Of a stretch of DNA of 64,000 nucleotides, positions 55,608 to 64,000 are shown piece after piece. A program made the translations under genes and the position numbers. The stretch covers positions 333 to 64,332 of the forward strand of contig JAPOIM010000012.1 in the NCBI GenBank assembly GCA_029978905.1. Direction: 5' to 3'. The DNA is from Planctomycetota bacterium (GTDB lineage Bacteria; Planctomycetota; Planctomycetia; Pirellulales; UBA1268). How positions within the stretch are numbered: position 1 is the stretch's first letter; each line of letters opens with the position of its first letter. The notes under the pieces were generated by a model, which did not search any database, had not been told where the DNA came from, and saw only the letters and a program-made list of their open reading frames with translations.

Positions 55608-56954
55608 ATGGAGTCCATCGCGACCACGGCCACCCGACGGAATGTCCTCGCCGGAAGCCTGGCAGCTGTCGGTGCTGTCGCCCTTGGGGGGAGGCTGGCA
55701 GCCGCCGATGTCTCGCCGGAAGACCCGCGGGAGCAGTTGCGTCGGTTTCTCGGTGAGTATCTTGTTCCACCCGCCACGCTTCATCGCTTTCTCGATCCGC
55801 AGGCGCGGACCTGGGCACGGTTTCACCCAGCCTATGGCTACCTGCTCCGCAACTCGTCGATGCGGGACGGTGTGGATGGGGCTTCGACCCTTGCTCGCTA
55901 TGAGCTGGGGGGGCAGCGAAAGCAGGTCAACTTCCCCGGTGAGCCCTGCAGGATCCACACCTATGGCGACAGCTTCACGCAGGGGCATCAGGTCAGCGAC
56001 GGCGAGACTTGGCAGGAGGTGCTCGCCGCACATTTCTGTGAGCCGATCCGCAACTTTGGCATCGGAGGCTTTGGCGTCTACCAGGCAGCGATGCGGCTGC
56101 TGGAGATTGAAGCGCGGGACGAGGGGGCGGAGTATCTCATTCTCACCGTCTGGGGAGACGACCACTTCCGCAGCATCTACCCCTGGCGTTGGCTGGCGTT
56201 TCCGCAGGATGTGCTGCCGACACTCTCAGGTGAGATGTTTCACGCCAACCCGTGGATCCATGCAGCGCTTGATTTTGACACCGGCGAACTGATCGACAGG
56301 CCGAATGCTTGCCCCGATGAGACGAGCCTCGAGCGGTTGAGTGATCTCGACTGGCTGGAGACGACGTTTGCCAGCGACCCAGTGGTGCAGTTGCTCTTTA
56401 CCCGTGCCACCGGCGTGGTCGTGGATCGTCAGCCGATCGAGTCACTCGGGCGGTTGCTGGGCCAGCCGATCGACCTCTCCACAGAGGAGGCTGCGCGGGT
56501 ATCCGCCCAACGGCTGCTGCACCGCTACGGTGTTCGCGTGGGCATGCTGGTGATTGATCGGCTCCATGCCTTTGCCCGCGAGCGGGGCAAGAAGTTGATG
56601 GTGGTGCTGAGCTATCCCGTGGGCTCAGTGTGGCATGCGTGCAACCGCACGCCTGACTTCAATGACGTTGATCATGTCGACTGGCACCCCCAGGAGTTCC
56701 GCGAACACCTGGCGAGCCTTGGCATCCCGTGTGTCGATTCGCTCCCGGCGCATGTCGCCGAGTTCGACACGTTTCGTCTCTCAGCTAAGGACTACGTCGA
56801 CCGTTACTACATCGGCCACTACAACCCGCGAGGCAACCACTTCTTTGCCTACGCGCTCAAGGACCAGGTCCGCGATTGGCTCTCACCGCTGCCGCCGGCC
56901 TACCGGGCCGAGGCCGAACGGCTGATCCGATTTGAGGGTTATCTGCCCGGTTGA
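55608..56954 (+). CDS. Tat-signal SGNH/GDSL-like hydrolase family protein (putative)
   Basis: ATG at 55608; the ORF-track start is GTG 55593. The Tat leader is TTATRRNVLAGSLAAVGAVALGG. IHTYGDSFTQGHQV resembles GDS(L) block I. The rest of the sequence is unassigned. Confidence 0.5.
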   Translation: MESIATTATRRNVLAGSLAAVGAVALGGRLAAADVSPEDPREQLRRFLGEYLVPPATLHRFLDPQARTWARFHPAYGYLLRNSSMRDGVDGASTLARYELGGQRKQVNFPGEPCRIHTYGDSFTQGHQVSDGETWQEVLAAHFCEPIRNFGIGGFGVYQAAMRLLEIEARDEGAEYLILTVWGDDHFRSIYPWRWLAFPQDVLPTLSGEMFHANPWIHAALDFDTGELIDRPNACPDETSLERLSDLDWLETTFASDPVVQLLFTRATGVVVDRQPIESLGRLLGQPIDLSTEEAARVSAQRLLHRYGVRVGMLVIDRLHAFARERGKKLMVVLSYPVGSVWHACNRTPDFNDVDHVDWHPQEFREHLASLGIPCVDSLPAHVAEFDTFRLSAKDYVDRYYIGHYNPRGNHFFAYALKDQVRDWLSPLPPAYRAEAERLIRFEGYLPG

Positions 56955-56970
56955 TCTTTGCAGGGCGAGT

Positions 56971-57747
56971 TCACTTCCAGGGGGAGTAGTCGGTGGGCTT
57001 GAGGAACTCGGCAACGACGCCGTTCTCCTTTTCCGTCAGGGAGCCACCGGCCTTGGCTTCCGATTCCGTGCGGGCCTTGGTCCAGGCGGGATCTTTGCGG
57101 AACTCGGCGAACGAGGCGGCGGAGGCCTCTTCGCTGGCGTGACCGATGAGATAGACGAGCATCCGGTCGGCGTGCGGCGTGCCGGGAGCGTGATGCCAAT
57201 AGATCAGGTTCTCGATGCCATGCTTGGCAAAAAGGTCGATCGTGTGGTCGCGGAAGCGGGCGTCGAGCCCCGGCAGGTTCCCCTCGGTGGCGGTGTAGGT
57301 CCGCAGTTGAAACACACCGTTGCCATCGCCGGTCGGTTTCAGGGCGGGTGAATAGTCGGTGGGCACGAGGAAGGTTTCGGTCACGCGGCCGACGAGCCGG
57401 CCATCCGCGGTGGAGGCCTTGTAGACCGCCTGCCACTCGGGATCGGCACCGAAGGCTTTCCAAGAGGCGTCGCGTGCTTCTCGGTTGGGATAGCTCAAGA
57501 AGTACACGAGCTTCCGTTCGGGGTTGTCGCCGGTGGGCACGAAGTAGCCCACGTTGGTGATGCCATGCTTCTCAAACAGCTTCATCGTGTGGTCGCGGAA
57601 GCGGGCATGCAGGGCATCGAGCTTGCCTTCATTGGCGTAGTAGACCCGCATCTCGTAGAGGCCAGGGTCGGCGGCCGCGGTATCAGTGGTGAGCGACATG
57701 GTGATGGCGAGAACAGCTCCAGCGAGGAGGCAGCGGGCGAGGGTCAT
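56971..57747 (-). CDS. secreted tandem NIPSNAP domain protein
   Basis: The signal is MTLARCLLAGAVLAITMSLTTDTAAA. There are two repeats of the NIPSNAP pattern: YEMRVYYANEGKLDALHARFRDHTMKLFEKHGI and FQLRTYTATEGNLPGLDARFRDHTIDLFAKHGI. Confidence 0.8.
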   Translation of the reverse strand: MTLARCLLAGAVLAITMSLTTDTAAADPGLYEMRVYYANEGKLDALHARFRDHTMKLFEKHGITNVGYFVPTGDNPERKLVYFLSYPNREARDASWKAFGADPEWQAVYKASTADGRLVGRVTETFLVPTDYSPALKPTGDGNGVFQLRTYTATEGNLPGLDARFRDHTIDLFAKHGIENLIYWHHAPGTPHADRMLVYLIGHASEEASAASFAEFRKDPAWTKARTESEAKAGGSLTEKENGVVAEFLKPTDYSPWK

Positions 57748-57842
57748 GAGGGCTCCAAAAAAACGGTGTGGAAGGAACGGTGAATCAGGTGCTGGGCGAT
57801 GCCGACCAAGGCCCAGAGGAACAGACGTGACGGCATCGTCGG

Positions 57843-59186
57843 TTAGAGGTTCTTCACCTCAAAGCCTTCGCGGTACTGCCGACGCAGGAGTGCCTGGGCC
57901 GCGTCGTGCCCAGAGATCTTCATCGCTTCGGGCTCCCAGCGAAGGGTGTCGCCAGGAAAGCGGTTGGCGATTGTGCCGAGGAGCACCGCTTCGGTGAGTG
58001 GGCCGGCGTAGTCGAAGCCGCACGTGGTGGGGGCACCACCCAGGCAGGCGTCGACAAAGAGATGGTAGTGATTGCCGTTGGGAGCAGCCTCGACCTCGGT
58101 GTCTGCAAACTGCGCGGTCGGCAGCAGCACCGGCATGCCGACATGCGGCAGGAGGATCGCCCCCTTTTCCCCAAGGAACATCGAGCCTTGGCCGGGCAAG
58201 CCCATCCGCTCGCCATCGGCCGTCTCCAGAGGCCAGTCGGTGGTGTCGGGCTTGCGGCCGCCGTCATACCAAGTGAGCACGAAATCGTTGGTGGTGTACG
58301 GTGTCTTCGAGGTGAACGTGAAACGGGTTTCGTTTTGCATGCCGTAGGAATGGGGCGGCGGTGCCGAACTGGCTGAGACGATCTCGCTGGGGGCACCGAG
58401 GGCGAGGGCACTAAACACGGGGTCGAGGATGTGGATCGCCATGTCGCCCATCGTGCCGCAGCCGAAGTCGTACCAGCGTCGCCAGTTGCCCGGGTGGTAG
58501 TGGCCGGGGCAGAAGGGGCGGGTTGCTGCGGTGCCGAGCCAGAGATCCCAGGCCAGGCTCTCGGGCACATCGCCCGCTTCTGGGGCAGGGCCGTCGTAGC
58601 CCCAGGTCTTGTCGCTCCACGAATGCACCTCGCGGACCTTGCCGATCGTGCCTGCTTGCACGAGTTTCACTGCCGTACGGTACGGCGTGGTGGAATGGAT
58701 TTGCGTGCCCATCTGCGTGACGACCCCCGCCTTGGCGGCCTCGAGCCGCAGCTGACGTGATTCAAACACATCGTGCGTGAGCGGCTTTTGGCAATAGACA
58801 TGCTTGCCGAGGTTGAGTGCGGTCATCGCAGCCGGCGCGTGCGTGTGGTCGGGCGTGGACACATGCACCGCATCGATGCTGTCGCCGAACGACGCAAACA
58901 TCTCGCGGAAGTCGGTGAACCGTTTGGCACCCGGGTGCTTTTCACCCGCCGACGCCAGGTTGCCGGCATCCACATCGCAGAGCCCCACGACCTCCACGTT
59001 CCCGTGCGAGCTGAGTGAAGCCAGGTCGCTGCCTCCCATGCCCCCCACGCCGATGCCCGCCAGCCGCAGCCGGTCGTTCGCCGCGGCCCGCACCCGAGGA
59101 ACGCCAAACGTCAGCAGGCCAGCGGCGGCCGCACTCCCGCATTGAAGAAGCTTTCGACGGTTGACGGAGGTGAGTGGAAGAGTCAT
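57843..59186 (-). CDS. Gfo/Idh/MocA family oxidoreductase with Tat signal
   Basis: The start was re-picked at ATG 59186 (MTLPLTSVNRRKLLQCGSAAAAGLLTF). The Rossmann motif is LRLAGIGVGGMGGSDL. The conserved core is VYCQKPLTH. Confidence 0.85.
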   Translation of the reverse strand: MTLPLTSVNRRKLLQCGSAAAAGLLTFGVPRVRAAANDRLRLAGIGVGGMGGSDLASLSSHGNVEVVGLCDVDAGNLASAGEKHPGAKRFTDFREMFASFGDSIDAVHVSTPDHTHAPAAMTALNLGKHVYCQKPLTHDVFESRQLRLEAAKAGVVTQMGTQIHSTTPYRTAVKLVQAGTIGKVREVHSWSDKTWGYDGPAPEAGDVPESLAWDLWLGTAATRPFCPGHYHPGNWRRWYDFGCGTMGDMAIHILDPVFSALALGAPSEIVSASSAPPPHSYGMQNETRFTFTSKTPYTTNDFVLTWYDGGRKPDTTDWPLETADGERMGLPGQGSMFLGEKGAILLPHVGMPVLLPTAQFADTEVEAAPNGNHYHLFVDACLGGAPTTCGFDYAGPLTEAVLLGTIANRFPGDTLRWEPEAMKISGHDAAQALLRRQYREGFEVKNL

Positions 59187-59398
59187 GTCTGGTAGGCCCC
59201 CAAGCGAACAGTGCTTTCCTGACAGCCAACCCCAGGCTGTGTGTGGGTGCCATGATCGATTCGCCACAACCGCTCGTCAAACGAGCCCATCCAAATGGCA
59301 GCCCTTGCCGCGCGCAAGTGCCCTGTTCTTCCGGGTATGCTAAGTAACTTGGGTTTTCGTGTCGGCGCGGGGCTTTTGGCCAGAACAAGGAACACATC

Positions 59399-60667
59399 AT
59401 GCAACGGTCCGTGGTGGGGATGATCGCGTTGGTCGTGTGTGCTGCGATGTCCACTGAAGGGGCCGCCGAGATTGCGGGCAGTCGCTGGGCGCACTTCCGC
59501 GGGCCGCTGGGGACGGGTGAGGCTCCCGCGGCCACGCCGCCGGTGGAGTTTGGCCCGGAGAAAAACCTCCGCTGGAAGGTGGAGATCCCCGGCAGTGGCT
59601 CGTCGTCGGCGGTCGTCTGGGACGACCGCGTGTTTGTCACGACGGGCGTGCTGAAGAACGACGGCCGCACCTGGTCGTTCCACCTCTTCTGCTTCGACCG
59701 TGCGACCGGCAAGCAACTCTGGGAGCGGACTGCGGTCGAGGCGGTGCCCCATGAAGGAACGCACGAGACCAACTCCTTCGCCTCCGCCTCCCCCTGCACC
59801 GACGGCGAGCATGTCTACGCCCACTTCGGTTCGCGCGGGCTGTTCTGCTACACGATGGATGGTGAGCGTGTGTGGAGCCGCGACTTTGGCGACATGACGA
59901 TTCGCCGGGGGTTTGGCGAAGGGAGTTCGCCCACGCTCGTCGACGATCTTGTGCTCGTGCCGTGGGACCACGAAGGCCCGTCGATGCTCTATGCCCTCAA
60001 CAAGCGGACGGGTGAGACGGTCTGGGAGACGCCGCGTGATGAGCCCACCTGCTGGGCCACGCCGCTGGTGGCCGTGGCTCGCGGTGGCGACCGTCAGGTG
60101 GTGATGAATGGCCAGACGGCAGCCCGCGGGTACGACCTGAAGACCGGGCAGGAACTCTGGCGATGTGGCGGGCAGGCCCAGCGGCCCTGTGCGTCGGCGC
60201 TTGCTGAAGCGGGCGTGGCCTACGTGATGAGTGGCTTCCAGGGTTCGTTCGCTGGCGCGTTTGACCTCGACGGTCGTGGTGACCTCGCAGGCAGCAAGGC
60301 CCTGCTTTGGAGCCTCGATCACGACACGCCCGACGTCGCCTCGCCGCTGCTCGTGGATGGCAAAATCTACTACTACAAAGAGAAGACGGGACTGCTCAGC
60401 TGCGTTGAGGCAGCGACGGGTGCCACGGTCTACGAAACCAAGCGGATCCCTGGCGTCGGCCGCACCTACGCCTCACCGATTGCAGCGGCTGGCCGCATCT
60501 ACCTGACAGACCGCAGCGGGGCGATCACGGTGATCCAGACGGGCGACGATCCGCAGGTGCTCGCAGAAAACGACATGGGCGAGGGCGTCGATGCCACGCC
60601 GGCGGCCGACGGCAAGGACCTCTTCATCCGCGGCGAGCGGCATTTGTTCTGCGTGTCCGCCGAGTGA
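59399..60667 (+). CDS. PQQ-like (BamB-like) beta-propeller repeat protein, secreted
   Basis: The signal is MIALVVCAAMSTEGAAE, followed by WAHFRGPLGTG. It is the third paralogue of this family in the window. Confidence 0.75.
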   Translation: MQRSVVGMIALVVCAAMSTEGAAEIAGSRWAHFRGPLGTGEAPAATPPVEFGPEKNLRWKVEIPGSGSSSAVVWDDRVFVTTGVLKNDGRTWSFHLFCFDRATGKQLWERTAVEAVPHEGTHETNSFASASPCTDGEHVYAHFGSRGLFCYTMDGERVWSRDFGDMTIRRGFGEGSSPTLVDDLVLVPWDHEGPSMLYALNKRTGETVWETPRDEPTCWATPLVAVARGGDRQVVMNGQTAARGYDLKTGQELWRCGGQAQRPCASALAEAGVAYVMSGFQGSFAGAFDLDGRGDLAGSKALLWSLDHDTPDVASPLLVDGKIYYYKEKTGLLSCVEAATGATVYETKRIPGVGRTYASPIAAAGRIYLTDRSGAITVIQTGDDPQVLAENDMGEGVDATPAADGKDLFIRGERHLFCVSAE

Positions 60668-60766
60668 ATGGGCTGTGCACAGGCGTGGGGGCAGGGCGGA
60701 GTCTCGCGCGTGCCAGGCTCGGGAGCGTTCGCCAGACAGAATCACTTTCAGGAGCGATCTCGCGAA

Positions 60767-62152
60767 ATGACCAAGAAAACAACGATGTGCAAGCGGTGGT
60801 ATGGAGTGCCGAGCGGTGGGGTGCTGGTGTGGGCGGTGGTTGCGTGGCTCGCTTTGTGCGGTGGCTGGAGAAACACGATGAATGATGCCTTGGCCGCGCA
60901 GTCTGATGTCACCGATCCCAACTATGACGAAGAGGCGGTGCGGGCCTTTACGCTGCCCAACATCCTCGAAGGGGCGGATGGCGTGGCCGCTGCGACCGTG
61001 AAGGACTGGGAGCAGACGAGCCGTCCCTACCAGATTCGGCAGTTGCAGCGGTTCGTGTATGGCGAAGAGCTGCCGGTGGTGCCTGTCAGCGTGGTGGGAA
61101 AGGTGGAGCGGGCGGAGGTCACGCTCGCAGGACCTGGCGAGGCGACCACTCCGGCCGTGCGGCTTCAGGCAAAGCTCAAGTTGGGTACGGCTGAGAATGC
61201 ACGCGTGACCGAAGTGCTCGTCTATCTGCCAGCCGGTGCAAAGGATCCTGTGCCCACGTTTCTCAAACTCAACTTTGCCGGCAATCAGGCAGAGACCCCT
61301 GACACCGGCGTGTGGATCACGCCTTCGTGGATGCGGGAAGGGGAGGGCGTGGAGGATCACCGGGCGACAGAAGCAACGCGAGGCGTGAACGCCAGGCGGT
61401 TCCCCGTTGCTGAGATGCTTCGCCGTGGGTACGGCATGGCCACGGCCTACTGCGGCGACATCTTCCCCGACCATCCCGAAGGCCGTGGGGAGAGCGTGCT
61501 GCCGTCACTGGGGCGACCGGTGGATGGCGACCTCGCCGCGAACGAGCCAGGCGCGATCGCAGCCTGGGCTTGGGGCCTCTCACGGATTCTTGATTGGCTG
61601 CTCACGGTGCCTGAAATCAATGACGATGCCGTGATCGTGGTGGGGCATTCACGCCTCGGGAAAACGGCACTCTGGGCCGGTGCGTGTGATCAGCGGTTTG
61701 CGATGGTGGTCTCCAACGAATCGGGTTGCGGAGGGGCGGCGCTCTCGCGACGGAACTATGGAGAGACGGTGGGCGTGATCACGTCGCGTTTTCCGCACTG
61801 GTTCTGCCCCAGCTTCGGGACCTATGCCGGCCGTGAGTTGGAACTCCCCGTCGACCAGCACACGCTCTTAGGCATGGTGGCTCCGCGGCCGCTCTATGTG
61901 GCCAGTGCCGAAGGAGATCGCTGGGCGGATCCGCGAGGAGAGTTTTTGTCGGCCGAGGCGGTGGGGCCGGTCTGGAAGCTTTATGGTCGCGACGGTTTGG
62001 GCACGAACGAGTATCCCGCTGTGGGTACGTCGGTTGGCGACCACGTCCGCTACCACGTGCGGGAAGGGAAGCACGACATGCTGCTGGAAGACTGGCAGCA
62101 CTTTGCCGACCAGGCCGACGCCACGCTGCGTGCGGCCCAGCCGTCGAAGTAA
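60767..62152 (+). CDS. glucuronoyl esterase-like alpha/beta hydrolase (CE15-like)
   Basis: The start was re-picked at ATG 60767 (MTKKTTMCKRWYGVPSGGVLVWAVVAWLALCGG). VVGHSRLGKTALWAGACDQRFAMVVSNESGCGG contains the nucleophile-Ser motif G-x-S-R-x-G-K and an acidic residue. FPHWF and REGKHDMLLEDW (His region) are also present. Confidence 0.65.
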   Translation: MTKKTTMCKRWYGVPSGGVLVWAVVAWLALCGGWRNTMNDALAAQSDVTDPNYDEEAVRAFTLPNILEGADGVAAATVKDWEQTSRPYQIRQLQRFVYGEELPVVPVSVVGKVERAEVTLAGPGEATTPAVRLQAKLKLGTAENARVTEVLVYLPAGAKDPVPTFLKLNFAGNQAETPDTGVWITPSWMREGEGVEDHRATEATRGVNARRFPVAEMLRRGYGMATAYCGDIFPDHPEGRGESVLPSLGRPVDGDLAANEPGAIAAWAWGLSRILDWLLTVPEINDDAVIVVGHSRLGKTALWAGACDQRFAMVVSNESGCGGAALSRRNYGETVGVITSRFPHWFCPSFGTYAGRELELPVDQHTLLGMVAPRPLYVASAEGDRWADPRGEFLSAEAVGPVWKLYGRDGLGTNEYPAVGTSVGDHVRYHVREGKHDMLLEDWQHFADQADATLRAAQPSK

Positions 62153-62179
62153 CCACACGCCAGAAGGAGCATGTGAGGG

Positions 62180-63709
62180 ATGAGGCACTTTTGGACGATC
62201 GCCTGTGGTGTGGTGTGCGCGATGGCCATGCTCGCCGCGACCGCGAAGGCGGCAGATGCAAAACGCCCAAACATTCTCTTTATCATCGTCGACGACCAGT
62301 CGCCGTTTGATTTTCGCTTCTATAACCCTTCCTCCACGCTTGACTCGCCCGTGCTCGAGCGGCTCGCCGCCGAAGGGATGGTCCTCGATGCGGCCTACCA
62401 GATGGGGTCGTTCTCAGGTGCTGTCTGCACGCCAAGCCGGCACATGGTGATGAGCGGTCGCACGGTCTGGCATCTGCCGATTCATCCAAACGTGCCGCGG
62501 CAGAAGCGGGGGGAGGCAGGGAAGCCCGTGGCTGCTCCGCACTGTCCTCCCGGCCTCGAAGCCCACACCCTCGCTGCGGTGTTCAATGCGGCGGGGTACG
62601 ACACGATGCGGACCTGCAAGCAGGGCAACAGTTATGAAGGAGCCAATAAGCAGTTCACGATTCGGCATGATGCGACGAAGCGTGGCGGGACCGATGAAAC
62701 TGGCAGCGTGTGGCATGGCGACCGCGTGATCGACTACCTCAGCGAACGCGAGCAGACCGGCGACAGCGATCCGTTCCTGATTTACTACGGCTTTTCACAT
62801 CCGCACGACACGCGGGACGGTACGCCAGAACTGCTCGCAAAGTATGGAGCCACCAACCACGCCGACAAAGAGGCTCTTCCCGCCGCGGATGCGCATCAGC
62901 CACCTCTTCCACCCAACTGGCTGCCAAGGCATCCCTTCGATCACGGTCACCTCGATGTCCGTGATGAGGTGGCGGTGAGCGGGGTGTGGGCTAACAGGGA
63001 CGAGGCCACCATCCGCAACGAACTCGGTCGCGAGTTTGCCTGCAGTGAGAACATCGACCGACAGGTGGGGCGCGTGCTCGACAAACTCGAGGCGATGGGG
63101 GAACTCGACAACACCTGGATCTTCTACACCGCCGACCACGGCATGGCGATCGGTCGACACGGCCTCCAGGGCAAGCAAAACCTCTACGAGCACACCTGGC
63201 GGGTGCCGTTCGTGGTGAAGGGCCCGGGGGTCACGCCAGGGAGTCGCGCGCCGGGCAACGTGTACCTCACCGATATGCTGGCCACGCTCTGCGACGTGGC
63301 GGGCATCGATCCTCCTGAGACCAACGAAGGGACAAGCTTTGTCCAGGTCCTCACCGGAAAGCAGCCGACGGTCCGTGAGGTGCTCTACGGCGTCTACTGT
63401 GGTGGCCAGAAGCCAGGGATGCGGAGTGTGAGGCAAGGCGATTGGAAGCTGATCAAGTATGAGTCGCCCACGGGTGGCTTGCACACGCAGCTGTTCAACC
63501 TTGCCGACAACCCGCACGAGTTTCTGGCGGAGCATCACACACCTGGCGTTGCCAAACGCCTGGACACACTTCCCTCCGCGACGCAGACCAACCTCGCTGA
63601 CGTGCAAGGCTACGAAGCGAAGCGGAAGGAAATGGAAGCGGTGCTGCTTGGGCAGATGATTGAGCATGACGACCCCTACCGCTTCTCCGATCAGCCGGCC
63701 TCGAATTAG
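62180..63709 (+). CDS. sulfatase (formylglycine-dependent arylsulfatase family)
   Basis: The signal is VVCAMAMLAATAKAA. PNILFIIVDDQ is present. CTPSRHMVMSGR is the C-x-P-x-R formylglycine motif. FYTADHGMAIGRHG is also present. Confidence 0.88.
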   Translation: MRHFWTIACGVVCAMAMLAATAKAADAKRPNILFIIVDDQSPFDFRFYNPSSTLDSPVLERLAAEGMVLDAAYQMGSFSGAVCTPSRHMVMSGRTVWHLPIHPNVPRQKRGEAGKPVAAPHCPPGLEAHTLAAVFNAAGYDTMRTCKQGNSYEGANKQFTIRHDATKRGGTDETGSVWHGDRVIDYLSEREQTGDSDPFLIYYGFSHPHDTRDGTPELLAKYGATNHADKEALPAADAHQPPLPPNWLPRHPFDHGHLDVRDEVAVSGVWANRDEATIRNELGREFACSENIDRQVGRVLDKLEAMGELDNTWIFYTADHGMAIGRHGLQGKQNLYEHTWRVPFVVKGPGVTPGSRAPGNVYLTDMLATLCDVAGIDPPETNEGTSFVQVLTGKQPTVREVLYGVYCGGQKPGMRSVRQGDWKLIKYESPTGGLHTQLFNLADNPHEFLAEHHTPGVAKRLDTLPSATQTNLADVQGYEAKRKEMEAVLLGQMIEHDDPYRFSDQPASN

Positions 63710-63751
63710 GTTGGGCTTGGGCTGAGGCGGTGTGGCACACAGGAGGAACGC

Positions 63752-64000
63752 GTGGTGCGGTGGCGACGTGGGTTGGCATGGTGGGCGCTGTGTGTGGCTG
63801 TTGGGGTGTGCTGCGGCAGCGCGGTGGTGCGGGGGGCCGATGAACTCGCACAGTACGGCATCTTCCTCGAAACGGCTCCGCGGCCCGAAGCATGCGAGCC
63901 TGCGGCGACACCACTCCCGCTCACGCTGAATCCGGGTGAGCGGATTTGTCTGATTGGCAACACGCTGCTCGAGCGAGCGCAGCTCTTCGGGCACGTGCCT
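63752..64000 (+). CDS. 5' end of a secreted protein (partial; continues beyond window)
   Basis: GTG at 63752 lies 5 nt after AGGAGG (63741-63746). It reads MVRWRRGLAWWALCVAVGVCCGSAVVRGADELAQYGIFLETAP...GERICLIGNTLLERAQLFGHVP and is open to the window end, which is why it is absent from the ORF track. The ICLIGNTL motif recalls the N-termini of large planctomycetal heme-binding/dehydrogenase-type proteins. Confidence 0.5.
   Translation, partial: MVRWRRGLAWWALCVAVGVCCGSAVVRGADELAQYGIFLETAPRPEACEPAATPLPLTLNPGERICLIGNTLLERAQLFGHVP

Noticed and set aside
62795-63994. 399-aa minus-strand ORF antisense to the sulfatase gene and the downstream partial gene
   Set aside because: The sulfatase frame contains CTPSR and the metal-binding DDQ motifs. 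The antisense frame is featureless and crosses an intergenic region that has a good RBS for the plus-strand gene.
1-64000. Search by eye for CRISPR arrays, IS elements or terminal inverted repeats, prophage genes, toxin-antitoxin pairs and known defence systems
   Set aside because: I recognised no regularly spaced direct repeats, transposase, integrase, nuclease/helicase/ATPase defence signatures or small paired ORFs. A computational repeat and HMM scan (CRISPRCasFinder, ISEScan, DefenseFinder/PADLOC) would be needed to exclude them formally.

Overview
The window is a visibly GC-rich, gene-dense chromosomal segment that is almost certainly from a Planctomycetota genome, probably Pirellulales-like. 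The lineage call rests on several markers: a DUF1592/DUF1552 gene pair, a YTV cysteine-rich repeat protein, a TIGR03067 protein, DUF1080, Tat-signal Gfo/Idh/MocA and TIM-barrel isomerases, a sulfatase, and three BamB-like PQQ beta-propellers. I support about 52 protein-coding genes (two cut by the window edges), one tRNA-Arg(CCT), and a few hairpin terminators and promoter candidates. I saw no rRNA, CRISPR array, IS element, integrase, prophage or recognisable defence system. The only regulators I can name are csrA and a Usp protein. Recognisable blocks are an OM porin; a DUF1592-DUF1552 operon; tspO; a Dpp/Opp-type peptide ABC operon; ribBA; and a ribose-type sugar ABC operon. A GntP + IlvD/Edd dehydratase + DHDPS-family aldolase module follows that operon, and a carbohydrate-active patch carries CE15 esterase, sulfatase, sialate O-acetylesterase and oxidoreductases. 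The most unusual items are: (1) an orphan ACP / half-length KS (Cys->Val) / FabF-type KS / DUF4254 operon with no reductive or transferase partners; (2) an exported four-module redox protein (thioredoxin fold + CxxCH + PHM/DBH-like two-copper ligand pattern + EF-hand pair); (3) an exported DUF1080 + PQQ-type sugar dehydrogenase + SAM-methyltransferase fusion; (4) a roughly 10% cysteine YTV repeat protein followed by csrA and a Kv-type K+ channel; (5) a sugar ABC permease with a roughly 120-aa insert after TM1. The ORF track uses ATG/GTG/TTG starts, so I re-picked many starts from Shine-Dalgarno context and signal peptides. The many very long antisense ORFs are high-GC shadow frames. All family assignments come from motif recognition by eye, not from database searches.
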